Made by a program: the position numbers and the translations under genes
From: Antedon mediterranea
Taxonomy: Eukaryota > Animalia > Echinodermata
Assembly: GCF_964355755.1 (NCBI RefSeq)
Contig: NC_092672.1
Coordinates: forward strand, 26,232,437-26,296,436
Direction: 5' to 3'
Length of the DNA: 64,000 bases
Notes under the pieces: generated by a model
Databases searched by the model: none
Seen by the model: the letters and a program-made list of their open reading frames with translations, nothing else
Told to the model about the DNA's origin: nothing
Part shown: piece after piece, positions 28,801 through 39,805 of the stretch
Layout of the letters: each line of letters starts with the position of its first letter
Position numbering within the stretch: the first letter of the stretch is position 1

Positions 28801-29200
28801 CAGACATTACAATACGGTACATTGAATAGGATAGGGCTTACATACAGTACAGTTACTGCTACACATCATAGTTAGATCAGGCCTTGTAGATAGATAATCA
28901 GTGCTTTGATAGAGCACTGTAGGCCTATTATCATTTATCTGTTTATCATTGCGTAATAATATTTTGAAATACATCAAACAAACTTATTATGTTACATTAC
29001 ATAAAAAAGAACATCAATTGATCGAATAGTCCCTGTCTGTGGCTGTGCATACGTTATTGCATGCAACTTGAAAACATCCAAGAGTAAGTTGAACTTACCG
29101 TTACATCCCGTTCTATATGTTGTGAGAAACTGATTATATTCCCAGAGGAGAAAAACGGCAATATAATAATGTGTAGACACAGCAGTAGGAGGTCCATCAT
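1994..29200 (-). CDS. Secreted astacin-family (M12A) zinc metalloprotease, SpAN/BP10-like N-half: SP-pro-astacin-EGF-CUB-CLECT-TSP1-FTP-CLECT; 17 exons, ~856 aa
   Basis: Phase-consistent GT-AG exons: 29099-29200, 20121-20256, 12451-12580, 11627-11696, 10779-10970, 10117-10243, 9506-9634, 8893-8990, 8075-8196, 6867-7003, 6342-6593, 5661-5801, 5012-5275, 4308-4394, 3773-3991, 2741-2974, 1994-2124 (2571 nt). Zinc motif HELGHAIGLHHE and Met-turn SIMHY are present. AATAAA lies just after the stop. Confidence 0.88.
2741..2974 (-). CDS. Astacin gene exon 16 (C-type lectin 2, N-part)
   Basis: CHMFDGRCYFLVKSKRNFKDSQKEC...LASIDSIAEN. Confidence 0.88.
3773..3991 (-). CDS. Astacin gene exon 15 (F-type lectin C-part)
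   Basis: GAIIRIGN...GRYVSIQL...LCEVQVY. Confidence 0.9.
4308..4394 (-). CDS. Astacin gene exon 14 (F-type lectin middle)
   Basis: EPWWKVDLGKTLLVNKLTIT. Confidence 0.88.
5012..5275 (-). CDS. Astacin gene exon 13 (TSP1 repeat and start of F-type lectin domain)
   Basis: [25 protein letters not shown]...C then ALNKPATQSST...ASLAVDGN. Confidence 0.92.
5410..5596. mobile_element. MITE, PIF/Harbinger-like
   Basis: Terminal inverted repeats of ~28 bp (AGGTCAATTTACACAGACGAGCGGTAAC / GTTACCGCTCGTCTATGTAAATTGGCCT), flanked by TTA on both sides. Confidence 0.8.
5661..5801 (-). CDS. Astacin gene exon 12 (C-type lectin 1, C-part)
   Basis: WTKYTQPTKFDTGCVVVSVYGKWNNIKC...ICE. Confidence 0.85.
6342..6593 (-). 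CDS. Astacin gene exon 11 (C-type lectin 1, N-part)
   Basis: CYTFIDKQLAWHEADNLCQLMGGNL...EENEFI...FWIG. Confidence 0.9.
6867..7003 (-). CDS. Astacin gene exon 10 (CUB part 3)
   Basis: MCG...NKMLVGFKSDYTFQSTGFLATY. Confidence 0.9.
7322..7499. mobile_element. MITE, PIF/Harbinger-like (full copy)
   Basis: TIRs AGCGTGGTTCCCACTAG / CCAGTGGGAACCAAGCT with long internal inverted symmetry and TTA flanks. Related copies lie at 1-87, ~15680-15770, ~18415-18550 and ~23705-23805. Confidence 0.85.
7555..7778 (+). mobile_element. SINE-like repeat, resembling the Deu/Nin central domain
   Basis: Core TAAACCGTACGTCC...TTAAAGAACC...GAGTAGGTGGTTACCCCGGTG, followed by a (TA)n tail. A homologous copy lies inverted at ~49185-49335. 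Confidence 0.55.
7779..7809. repeat. (TA)n microsatellite
   Basis: About 15 AT units. Confidence 0.9.
8075..8196 (-). CDS. Astacin gene exon 9 (CUB part 2)
   Basis: AKPGQKIRLSFKTFSLEDSRNCKRDFVSVR. Confidence 0.9.
8893..8990 (-). CDS. Astacin gene exon 8 (CUB part 1)
   Basis: CRYKLTDSTGTLSSPNYPEAYSNKGDCLWYIE. Confidence 0.9.
9506..9634 (-). CDS. Astacin gene exon 7 (EGF-like)
   Basis: DCAYKECKNNGYVGPYPYCSCICPPGFTGLLCE. Confidence 0.9.
10117..10243 (-). CDS. Astacin gene exon 6 (end of protease domain)
   Basis: SFSVNSNPTVVSRDP...TFYDAMMVNRMYSC. Confidence 0.9.
10394..10556. mobile_element. Small TIR element (MITE-like)
   Basis: 15-bp TIR ATCAAGGCAATCAAA / TTTGATTGCCTTGAT, with GAG on both flanks. 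Confidence 0.6.
10779..10970 (-). CDS. Astacin gene exon 5 (catalytic zinc-binding exon)
   Basis: VLHELGHAIGLHHEQERADRD...YDYNSIMHY. Confidence 0.95.
11627..11696 (-). CDS. Astacin gene exon 4
   Basis: CSSSIGSKRSGEQIISIGKKCAN (GCxSxIG...Q.ISIG..C motif). Confidence 0.9.
12035..12343. mobile_element. MITE-like element
   Basis: Inverted ends TACCCTTTTCACACTTGCAAAA / TTTTGCAAGCGTGAAAATGGTA, plus internal inverted pairs TTGTAACCAGGTTTG / CAAACCTGGTTACAA and AAATCTCGGGAGAAAA / TTTTCTCCCGAGATTT. Confidence 0.7.
12451..12580 (-). CDS. Astacin gene exon 3
   Basis: KDSILESLKIWEVKTCLRFVSY...ISFFPGNG (WExxTCLRF astacin motif). Confidence 0.9.
12716..12762 (+). mobile_element. 5' fragment of a DINE-1/HINE-like element
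   Basis: TTTTAGTCGCGTGCAACGCGACTCTACAGCTCACTATGTCGGTCGG matches the 5' end of the family at 33.6-41 kb. Confidence 0.75.
13601..14095. mobile_element. Degenerate Tc2/pogo-like non-autonomous element
   Basis: Ends TACAGTAAAA... / ...GGGGTTTTACGGTA, with internal dispersed subrepeats AATCT(T/C)GGAA(A/G)GAAGCCCATC. Confidence 0.35.
18415..18550. mobile_element. Degenerate copy of the 7322-7499 MITE family
   Basis: Shares TTGACCAATCACAAGCGATGG and CTTGTGTTGCGTT.ACGTCCTTGCGTT.CGT. Confidence 0.75.
20121..20256 (-). CDS. Astacin gene exon 2 (propeptide and mature N-terminus)
   Basis: EVGLQDDISKNESLVVKHRSTRKATLNPDRLWPGGIIPYIIQAPA, with a furin-like RSTR site and the astacin LWPxGxIPY motif. Confidence 0.88.
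27430..27476. repeat. 47-bp near-perfect palindrome
   Basis: GGCAAGACAAATACAATGTATAT-A-ATATACATTGTATTTGTCTTGCC: 23-bp arms with a 1-nt spacer. Confidence 0.9.
28106..28465. mobile_element. Degenerate Tc2/pogo-like MITE
   Basis: TA-CCGTATTTATTCGAATAAT left end; degenerate inverted right end ATTATTCGGATAAACATGC-TA. Confidence 0.45.
29099..29200 (-). CDS. Astacin gene exon 1 (signal peptide)
   Basis: MMDLLLLCLHIIILPFFSSGNIISFSQHIERDVT then gtaagt donor; phase 0 matches exon 2. Confidence 0.75.
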
Positions 29201-29427
29201 ATAATAAGATGCTGAGTTACACCCGCTCCGAGAGTCTTTAGCCGTCCTCCCTCGACCATGGTTTCCACACGACTGGCTGTCAAAAGATTGCTTCGCAAGT
29301 TAAAATACGGTTGCGAACCCGAGAATAACCCTGAATCTGACAACTGCAAAAATCCCGGTAGTACAAGAGAGATTAATATCCTGAACAAGTAAATTTCCTA
29401 TGAATGAAACACTAGATTTTGGAATGT

Positions 29428-29455
29428 GACGCGATTCGCGTCTCTGATTGGTTGA
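29428..29455 (-). promoter_or_regulatory. Candidate proximal promoter of the astacin gene (CCAAT box and GC palindrome)
   Basis: AACCAATCAG on the minus strand and palindrome GACGCGA-T-TCGCGTC, ~230-250 nt upstream of the ATG, at the edge of a GC-richer 5' leader. Confidence 0.35.
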
Positions 29456-30238
29456 AATAATCTAGTAATTGTGTTCGTTATAATGAATGGCTTTTCTGCC
29501 GCTTTTCTGTGTCAAGTTTTAGATATGTATCGTATTTGTATTAATGCTCTATTTAACTTGGACAATATTTAAGGTGTGATGTCAAGTTTAAACCGATTAG
29601 AGAGATTTTAAATTTGATTTGGTTTTAAATGCATACCGTATTCTTTAAAATTAATTTTTGAGATTGCATTGTTAAGTAAACAAGTGCTGTAAAAGACTCC
29701 GTATAACCCAGAAATGAGATGCATTAGATTAAATACATAACATTTAAATCTTTTCAGTAGGCCCTATGGTTATCGACTTCTGTGTTAAAGAATGGTGCGG
29801 ATAGTTCTCCGTTGTCACAAAGGAAGGGGTTGTTCTACCAAATCCTACGGATGCATTGTTTTTTCTTGAATATAACTTCGAACTGAACTTAATTTATTTT
29901 ATAGACACGTCCATACCAAGTACAGCTCTTCCATGAACCGTGCTCCCTCTCTTTAGAATAGTTTTGTTATGACATTATATAAACTATCTCAAGAAGGTTA
30001 CACTATTATTTTGAGTTGAATTGTAGAGCATAGGTACTATTCGTCTGTAAAGAGTGTTTGTATTAGACAGATTAATTTTGTTATTTGTCATTATTGCAGT
30101 TAGTATGCCTGATATTGAACATACAAATTTAAGAGCGTTTTCCTAACATTGTAAGCTTATAGTAGTAGACCAGCAAACCTTTGTTTTGATTGACTGATTT
30201 CACAAACATCAACAACAAAAATGTTGATTATGTTTAGT

Positions 30239-30565
30239 AAACTAGTTTTAAACTTGTCTGTTATGTTACTAACTAGTTTTAAACTTGTCTGTTATGTTAC
30301 TAACTAGTTTAAAACGTGTCGGTTATGTTACTAACTAGTTTTAAACTTGTCTGTTATGTTACTAACTAGTTTTAAACTTGTCTGTTATGTTACTAACTAG
30401 TTTAAAACGTGTCGGTTATGTTACTAACTAGTTTTAAACTTGTCTGTTATGTTACTAACTAGTTTAAAACGTGTCGGTTATGTTACTAACTAGTTTTAAA
30501 CTTGTCTGTTATGTTACTAACTAGTTTAAAACGTGTCGGTTATGTTACTAACTAGTTTTAAACTT
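30239..30565. repeat. 31-bp minisatellite, ~10.5 copies, two variants
   Basis: Unit A ACTAGTTTTAAACTTGTCTGTTATGTTACTA and unit B ACTAGTTTAAAACGTGTCGGTTATGTTACTA, in the order AABAABABAB. Confidence 0.95.
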
Positions 30566-33500
30566 ATTGATGATTAAATACATAACCATCAAGCAAATTC
30601 ATCATGAAAGGTATAGTAGTAACTAGCCTGCAAATGTTCATCTGGGAAATCTTAGCCTTCTTATGAATTGAGCTAGTGCATGTAATTTCTAATCTTTTAA
30701 AGTGTGTCCAATCCAGATGTGAACATTTTGGCTTCTAATGTAGTCCGTTTCCTTTCTTTGCAGCAGCAGTATCATATTTACATGATCAGAGCTAATTTGC
30801 ATACGGAATGATCATATCTTTAATATGGTGTCAGTTCCCTCAATTAAAATAAAGATAACTGCCTGAGCATGCGCAATAGTAAATATTTATTTCTCGGTGT
30901 TTCAAGATTCAAGATATATTACGGTCATACAGAAAAGGTAATTAACTAAAAGTGGATATTTATTACCGAAAACACAGAGTGGTCCTATATGTTCCAATGA
31001 CCGGATGAAAAGGACCAATACTGCTACTCTCCATGACTAGATTAGTGGAGCTCTATAGAGTTAAGATGGTATGTTATGAGAGACATGTATAAGTTACTTT
31101 TATTTCAAAAACGAAATTCAGAATTATCTTATGTCCGCAGTAGAAAAAATCCCTGACTTATAAGGTAATTACGGTACACAAGCTTAATTGCTTAATAAGA
31201 ACCTTAACATGCGTGCTGTTCCGGAGGACGACTGTTTAGGGCCTAAGAATCTATCTAGTAAATGCATAATTAGAACTGATGAATGAAGTATATTGGGTTG
31301 TTCCATTTTGATATTACTATATCGACTCTTTTGTAATTACTTCTATTTTGTGTTGCACAGTTGGTTGAAAATACTTGTGGTAATTACTAGGCGGTCATGC
31401 GCATTTTGATAATAATATGTTCTCTGAAACTGCAAGAAACTAGTGAATATAGTAACTATTACATGTCTAGACAAACAAATAATAGCAGCCGTACGATTGT
31501 CTGAATTATAAACACAGAGAGTATAGGCCTACACCGTTATGGTTAATGGTCAGACAATAGTTATTTGGTGTCTACAGTGAAACTTTAATCTTCTTTTATA
31601 ATTTACAATTATGTGTTATTGGGTAGGTATTAAATTAAAATTGTTTTTATTCTGTGTTAGTGTTTATTATGATATGAGATCTGCCACATTCAGTGGCGGA
31701 TCCAGGATTTATTTAGTTTTGTTAATGGAAAGATAAAATTGTAATATGAAAATCTGAACTACCTCTAATGCTCTATCGTGCATTGTAGAAGTTTTTAAAA
31801 AGAGGGCGGTAACAGATGAAAGTGTATTGGTCAGATGTTTTACCTAAGTCTGATAACGTCATTATGTACTGAATACACAATAGTTTGACCTACGTTCATT
31901 AGCGTTAACACCGTACGATCTTTTTTGTAGATATTTCAATTTTTAATTATATTTGACCTTGTGACAAAATAGTGACGGGTTTTAGAAAACTCTTAAGGAT
32001 AAATGAGTAAATTCGGGGTCACTGAATCACCGGAAAGTGGTCATTCAGATATATAATATTCTGTAGAAGTAATAATACTAATCGAACATTAGAGAAGAAC
32101 TATAATTTTGAATAGATTTAATAACGAATATAAGAAATAGTCTTAGTGTTTATAGGTATAATCATCATAATTATCAATAACTATTATAAACAAAACCTAT
32201 GACTTTTTTTTAAATGCAATAACTTCAGTTACGTAGATATATTAATTCCTTTAAACATTGATTTTTATTTAGGCCTATATTGGGAATCAGCAACCATTTT
32301 AATTATAAGAACAATACATTTTTAATTTATGCAAGATTGTATTTTTAAATATCTATTAAATATTGTATATTGTACAAATTACAGTATAGTCCTATTTGTT
32401 AATACTATTCTAAATATTTAATTTTTTGTCTAGCGTTAAAGGATAATCACCAATGATAGCTCACCACTTATTTTATTCACTGACAAAAATAAAAAATAAA
32501 AAACAATATATATTATTATTATGTTTATTTTATATTGCAATCTGATTACGCTGATGTTATTTTAAACACTAATGATTTCTTTTTATAACACCGTGTGCAA
32601 TGATTTGAAACGAATGTGACTGAACAAGTTCAACATGTTATAAAAGCCTGTATTATAAGATATTAATTTATCCTCACCGAGTAGGCCTAATAAATATTTC
32701 TACTATCCACTAGTACCTAATTTCTTAATTTTAATAGGATTTATTTTGGTTTTAACCTCCTCCAGGCCTCAAGATTAATTAACTCATCAATGGAGAGGAG
32801 CAGTGTAATTGGTCATAGCTTGGCAAACATCCGCACAGAATAGACCTAACCAATCTGACATTTCCTAAATTAATCGTCATATAACATTAACATTGAACAC
32901 TAAATTTGAGTGATATGAATCATGATATACCACTCAATGCCACGTATTAATAATAATTATACTTCAAAATCGTTTTCTCCAACACTCACATAGTTCATTG
33001 ATTATCGAATATGTATCAGTGATATTTAGGGTTTATGAAGACATGACCCATGACCTATGGCTTCATATAAGGGTTCAATTCACATACGTTTGATTTACCC
33101 ATTTTTGTCAAATCTTCGGATCTAATTTTGTCGATTCTGGTCTAGAACGACCTTGTATTCTGCTACACGTGCGTGTTTGATGTATCGTCGCAAAAAATGG
33201 ACGGCGACTTGGGCAAATGATGTAATGTATAATTTACACAAGTCCTAGTTCTATAAGTCGTCGCAGGCTCCCTCCTATATCTTTATTATTCATCTGTACT
33301 AAGGTTTAGTTCTCATACTACTAGGAACATGGTTATCCGTATTAAATGTGTTACCTGTTTCACTTTCAACTAACTTTTGCCTGTATTACATTAACATTAT
33401 TACCACTTCTGAGTGACATTTTTAGTGTCCTCAATATTTTCCTTTAAACCAACATGGTAACTAATTTGGAGTGATATGAATCATAATTCATTAATTGATT

Positions 33501-33648
33501 GTTTCTTATAATAATTATTCTTGTTATCAATCACGATTTTTGTTTTCAATATGTTGGCCTACTTCGTGATTGTACATGATTTTTCTAGTTAGTTTGGTTG
33601 AAATTTTCTGCAGTAATGACTTTCATGACGCCAACTTCCAATTATTAT

Positions 33649-34478
33649 TAACAAGGCCAACAGCCATTAAGTCGCGTGCTACAATGCATAGTGATACCGG
33701 ACCGACAGACAAACAGACCGACAGACAGACAGACCGACAGACAGACGGACCGACCGACATAGTGAACTATACTGACCGAAATTACTGAACATGTTTAAAA
33801 ATGTTGAAATGTTTAAAAACATTTATTTTTTTTTAATTTACACGTGCGTAGCCTGTCACTTTTGACGTGCTCTTATAACGTAATTTCGAGTTGAAAAGTA
33901 AGTCAAGAAAACAGAAATCGGGCAAAAAGAGTGAGCAACAACATTTAACGCGCAGTGCGCGCGCAAAAATCTGCGCACTCATGGCAATTTTGTAAACGCT
34001 TAAAATTGCCTGAAACGTACTCTTGTTTCATCGAAAATAAATTTTGAAAATTTTAGGCGCGCGTACGCATGGGTTACATGCGCTACGCACGTAATTGTAT
34101 TGCCATGTGATGATTTATGCCCTGAAATTTATGAGTACCAAATTTTATTTAATTGTGATTCATGGTTGTTAAGATATGATTACAAACGTGATTTTGTTAA
34201 ATCGTGCGTAGACCGCGTAATTTTTTATTGCGCACCGTGAAAACATAACCACATCGATTCCTGGCCATAAGGAATATTCTGTGAAAAATTGACTTAGCTA
34301 GATTAAACTGATATCAAGATAAGGTCATAAAGCGATAAAACGCATAGTGATACCGGACCGACAGACAGACAGACAGACAGACCGACAGACAGACCGACAG
34401 ACAGACCGACAGACAGACAGACAGACAGACCGACCGACCGACATAGTGAACTATAGAGTCGCTTCCACGCGACTAAAA
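33649..34478 (-). mobile_element. DINE-1/HINE-like (Helentron-associated) non-autonomous element, long form
   Basis: T-rich end, 5' subterminal stem-loop AGTCGCGTGGAAGCGACT, (GTCT/GTCG)n microsatellites, 3' subterminal CACGCGACT, short hairpin and CTTGTT end. Nearly identical to 40218-40955. Confidence 0.75.
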
Positions 34479-34767
34479 ATGTAACACATTTTTTTTTAAA
34501 GTTGAGGAGTTGAAACAGATATTTTGATTATACACGGATACAGGATGGTCTCATTAAATGAAAAAAAAAGATTTATGTTTTTATAATCAGACAAAATTCC
34601 TGAAATTCAAAAATGGTAATTTTAATCTGAAAATAAACTTTTAAAAAATCGGTAAATTGTATGAAATCGTCTTTTTGTTGTTGCATGTTTCAGTCCCATC
34701 ATGTTGTTTTATGCTTAGTTATGTTATGAAGTTCGTAAAGTGCATATATTGATTCTAGATTAATTGA

Positions 34768-34888
34768 TTTTTAGCCGCATGCAACGCGACTCTACAGCTC
34801 ACTATGTCGGTCGGTCGGTCGGATGGTCAGTCGGTAAACACTAACTAAAATTTGAGCACGCGACTGCAGCCATGTATATGGTCTTGTT
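34768..34888 (+). mobile_element. DINE-1/HINE-like element, short form
   Basis: Both family ends (AGCCGCATGCAACGCGACTCTAC...GCACGCGACTGCAGCCATGTATATGGTCTTGTT) are joined by a GTCG microsatellite. Confidence 0.75.
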
Positions 34889-35113
34889 GATGATGTTTTC
34901 GGTTGGTTTGTTACAGCAGTTCATTGGATCTTGGTTGTTGAAAACAGCATGATTGTTGGTTCGTTACTTTGTTGGTTACTAGTTTGTCCATTGGTATTTG
35001 GTTCGTTTAGTTTTTTTAGTCAGTTAGTTTAGTTATAGTGATTTCAATGTGTTGTGGTTTTGTAGTTAATTTATTTTGTCAATGTTTTAGTAATTCGTTA
35101 GTTGGTTCACTGT

Positions 35114-35334
35114 TTTTTAGTCGCGTGGACGCGACTCTATAGTTCACTATGTCGGTCGGTCTGTCTGTCGGTCTGTCTGTCGGTCCGGTATCACTATGCG
35201 TTTTATCACTTTTCTGTACTTTTTGAACTGTTTTTATGTACAGACAAGTTTTAACTATGTCGGTCGGTCTGTCGGTTGGTCGGTCTGTCGGTTTTTTTCT
35301 GAGTCCACGCGACTTATGGCTGTTGGCCTTGTTT
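35114..35334 (+). mobile_element. DINE-1/HINE-like element, internally deleted
   Basis: TTTTTAGTCGCGTGGACGCGACTCTATAG...(GTCT)n...CACGCGACTTATGGCTGTTGGCCTTGTT. Confidence 0.75.
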
Positions 35335-36660
35335 TTCTTTTCGTTAGTTTTGAAATTCGTTTGTTGATTAGTTTGTAGTTCGCATTTAGTTAGATTTAAG
35401 TTAAAATTGTTGATTCACTTAGGCCCATCCCCTTAAAAATCATAAATTATTGAAATAATTTACAAAAATGAAGAATTGAGGATAAAAAATATTTTTTTTT
35501 TAGTTTTCAATATGATGAAGCAACAAAATTTAATTTTTTAATTTAATTTTCGTAGGATCCACCGATAAAGTGATTCATATGTTGAAAATAAAATATTTAA
35601 TCCTAATTCATTATTAACATTATAGAAATATAGACCTACTGTCTGTCCTCATTAGAAATATCAATTTCCTTCTGGAACTAAGTTCACATACTACCACGAT
35701 TGAAGTGACTATTTGGCTTGAAGTAGTAGGCTAGAGCTCATGGTCGTTAAACATTAACATTTTTATTTGTAGAAAATATTGATATTAGAAATTGATATGT
35801 CCAACAACGATTTTATATGTAGGCCAATTATTACTAATAAGATGGTACATATTTACATGCCATGGCCTATAAAACATAGAATTTTTAAAAGGAGCATATA
35901 GTACCCATTGTTCCGCCGTAAGAAGATGCAAATAAGGCCATTAGAAAATGTGTTATTTGCTTCTTGTTCATCATTTAACTTGTAAATATTTAGTTTTGCC
36001 TTCTGTTTGTGATCCTGCTCCACAGTAGCTACACTTGTTCCTCTTTAGCTTGAGTTGAACTGTTGGTTAAATAATTAACACTAAACTATTCACATGTTGT
36101 TTTTTTTGCAAGCTTATTATTGATATTACCTTCTGCGTAAAAATTGAAAATGATTATCATATTTAAATGGACACGGTCGAGCTTCCTATTCCCCCAGTCA
36201 AAACAGCTGATGTGTAGGCCTATAACTGGCGCGTAGCCAGATTTCCTTCACTTCAAATACTTACTAGGGTTATTAATGACAGTATGAACTTTCATTTATG
36301 AAAAATAAAATTTGCTCGAAACCAAAATAACATCATGCATAACTACTCAACAGTGAATTATTAGTAACGTTAAAGCTACATTCTACGGTTTGGCACGATT
36401 TAGTGGGACTGTTTTTAAGTGACTGTGTAGGCCTACATGCCAACTATTTTATATCATACCGTATTTATTATTCACACCGATTTTAGTTAGCTATTATACA
36501 GTGCATTGTTTATGTCAACCAGTATTTATGATCTATGATTTATAGTGTTGTAATAATTTATTCATTTATCAACATTCTTTTACATTTGGATATATGTGAT
36601 TAGGCATCTGGACTTATGTTAAGTCTGAATTCACTTTATAGATTCATAAAAAAAAAGAAA

Positions 36661-37300
36661 AACAAGGCCATATAGATGGCTGCAGTCGCGTGCTCATTAG
36701 TGTTTACCGACCGACCGACCAACCGACCGACCATACTACCAACTGACCGAAATTGCTTGTTTAAAAATGTTGAAATGTTTAAAAACATTTATATTTACGT
36801 GCGTAGCCTGTCACTTTTGACGTGCTCGTATAACGTAATTATTAGTTGTAAAGTAAGTCAAGAAAACAGAAATCGGGCAAAAAGAGTGCGTAACAACATA
36901 GAGCGCGCAATGCGCGCGCAAAAATCTGCGCACTCATGGTAATTTTGTAAACGCTTAAAATTGCCTGAAACGTACTTTTATTTCATCGAAAATAATTTTT
37001 GAAAATGTTAAGCGCGCGTACGCATGCGTTACATTCGCTACTCACGTAATTGTATTGCCATATGATGATTACAAACGTGATTTCGTTAAATTGTGCGTAG
37101 ACCGCGTACTTTTTTATTGCGCACCATGAAAACATAACCACATCGATTCCTGGACATAAGGAATATACTGTGAAAAATTGACTTAGCAGATTAAACTGAT
37201 ATCAAGATAAGGTCATATACAAGTTAGTGTTTACCGACCGACCAACCGAACAACCGACAGACATAGTGAGCTGTAGAGTCGCGTTGCACGAGACTAAAAA
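36661..37300 (-). mobile_element. DINE-1/HINE-like element, long form
   Basis: Same core as 33649-34478 with an internal deletion; both ends present. Confidence 0.75.
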
Positions 37301-38889
37301 GAGAGAGATAACATGTAACATCCCTTTGCTTTAGTCAAATAGTTATAAGAAGTACAGTGCTTAAGTGAAAATCATATCTAAATGAACGTAAAGAAAAAAC
37401 ATATTTTGAAACCCAAAATATAAATAATTTACGTTTGCGTAATTATTATATCTAAAAGTACAAGATACAAATGTGTATATGCGGTGTGCAGTTGTCCATG
37501 ACGCAGGATTAAACTGTGAATAAATGTAAAGTATCTAATAAGGTCACGGACAGCAACAAGTGTCACTGCAGACGCCGTTCTTTCGGGTCCTGTCTGTTAT
37601 GTAGGGGGTTGACCTAAGGCTTAGAACGTTGGATGCGCCTCTATTCATTAGGGACTGTCCTACCCTCTTTTTTCCATTGAATTGTAGATAGATTTCCATA
37701 GATTGCACCAGCCTGTGTGGGTTTAATAGACTTTATCCCATTAGCGTGAGATGGGTATTGGACAGTTGAATTTCGTTGAATGTCCACGATTAAGTACAAT
37801 TATACAGGCTAATCTGGTGGTTCATAGCCACAATTTAGCGGATTAATAGTTACTTACTCTATTACAAAGTTACTTTTATAAAGTTACTTTCAGTGGAATG
37901 TAAAAGTTTTGTCATCATTGGCCACTTCCATTTGCAATATAATCTAAAAGTGTTTTTGTGTGTGTTTTTCACTGAAACAAATATATCTATTTTTATACTG
38001 TTGTAATTATTAAAATCTATATTTTTTCAAGGCAATGTCACTTCTTAAGTACACGGTATTAATACAAATCACCAATACATTTTTCCGTTTAATTGACAGG
38101 TAATGCGCTATATTTAACAAACAGAATTTCTTTAGAAATATATGCAGCAACCGTATGTACATTATTTGTATATTATTTGTATAGATTTAAAGTCAATTTA
38201 CATCATATTTGTTTTTCTTCAGTCATGTCAATCTTTATTAAGCTATTTTACATTATCTGTTTTCCATATCTTGATTCAAAAGGCAGATTAAAGTGCATAG
38301 TGAAAAAGACGCTTTACACCTTAATTGAGTTTAATTTCTGTCAACCTAAGGAATTATGCCAGATCCAAAATATCCACTCCGTAGAGATATTAATTCGGTT
38401 CAGCAAGGCTAGCAAAACGCAATTTAAAAAACAAATCGACTGTTCATGTTTAACGTGGTGAAACCTGGAAAGAGTTAATAACAATTAAAAATCTTGCCAA
38501 ATAAAAATGGAAAATCCTTCTCAAAAACACAGATGATGGCACATACCCGAGATTTGTGGAGGGACTTGGTAAATGTTCAATTGCGAGCGACCACACCCGA
38601 TTACGGGTTTAAGATTGAGTGATTTCCATTTTTTATTTTAAAAAGTATATCATAAATAAATGGATATTTTACCTAATTTGAAAAAAAAAACATTTAACTG
38701 TATAGCAATTTATGGTATATTTTATAATTTAACATTTATTTTCTATTATACAATCATTTCTCTTACTTCTGTAGGCCTACTCCACTGAAACCTTTACTGG
38801 TTAATTGGCTTATCCATAAATGCAATCATATTTATTCATACGTTTCATCATGTATTCATTCATGTTCTCTATTTTGTTTGTATTATTGT

Positions 38890-38931
38890 GAATGAATGAA
38901 TGAATGAATCAATCAATCAATCAATCAATCA
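38890..38931. repeat. Compound (GAAT)n(CAAT)n microsatellite
   Basis: gaatgaatgaatgaatgaatcaatcaatcaatcaatcaatc. Confidence 0.85.
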
Positions 38932-39694
38932 AGAAAGCAAAAGAAACATGACATGGTACTCGCCTCAAATTCTATCACACAACTTGCAAATTAATGTACA
39001 GTAACTGTCAACCTTTATTTTGTTAAGGAATGCAATATTAAAATTGTTGAGTTTATGTTCATATATATATATATTGTAGTTCTACTTAAATTGAATTTGA
39101 TTTTATATTTTGATTTGAATTATAACATACCCTGCATGGTATGCTGTTATATTATAGCTATTTCTAAAGATAAAAAATCGGGTACGATAACTTTGGACGT
39201 TATCTTGAAAAAGATACAAACAAAAATAATACTAAGTACAACTTGGCAATAATTATCATTTTTATGGTAATAAATATGTATTATGTTTACTTTGTTGTCG
39301 AGTATAATTATTTAATAGATTTTGAACAATACAATGTACTGTTAATAACCTACTTAAACATGTTTATTAAGTTTTTTTATGGATACATTCGTAAAAGTAT
39401 ATTAAATATTACGACTTCTGTGAAAATATCCACCACAACCTGATCATAAAGTGTATGACTCATTGGTTTTAACAATAATAACTACTTTATATGTAAGTCA
39501 TAATTGCTATGGTTTCTTTTTTAATGGATTTAAAATATGAACGAGTCTAATGACTGCGTTCAAGTCATGTCATAAATAAATAAATCGTCAATACTTAGAA
39601 GCCACAAGACCACAGCACCCTGTAATGTAAACATCATACTGTACATTGTGCCATAAAAGTTATGACATAAAGCAGTAAATGTTATTACCACTAA

Positions 39695-39805
39695 AGCTCT
39701 GTCTACACTAACCAGTTTTAAAAAAAGCTCAAAAGTGTTATTAATATGACATTATCGCGTCCATTTTTTTATTGTCACATAACGTTTTATAGTGTAGAAA
39801 GAGCT
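39695..39805. mobile_element. Small MITE-like element
   Basis: TIR AGCTCTGTCTACACTA / TAGTGTAGAAAGAGCT; a related right end lies at ~56960-57013. Confidence 0.55.

Noticed and set aside
30239-30565. CRISPR-like array
   Set aside because: The units are directly adjacent with no unique spacers, there are no cas genes and the context is eukaryotic. It is a minisatellite.
31691-31712. CAGTGGCGGATCCAGGATTT transposon-like end
   Set aside because: I found no convincing partner end, so it is too short to call as an element.
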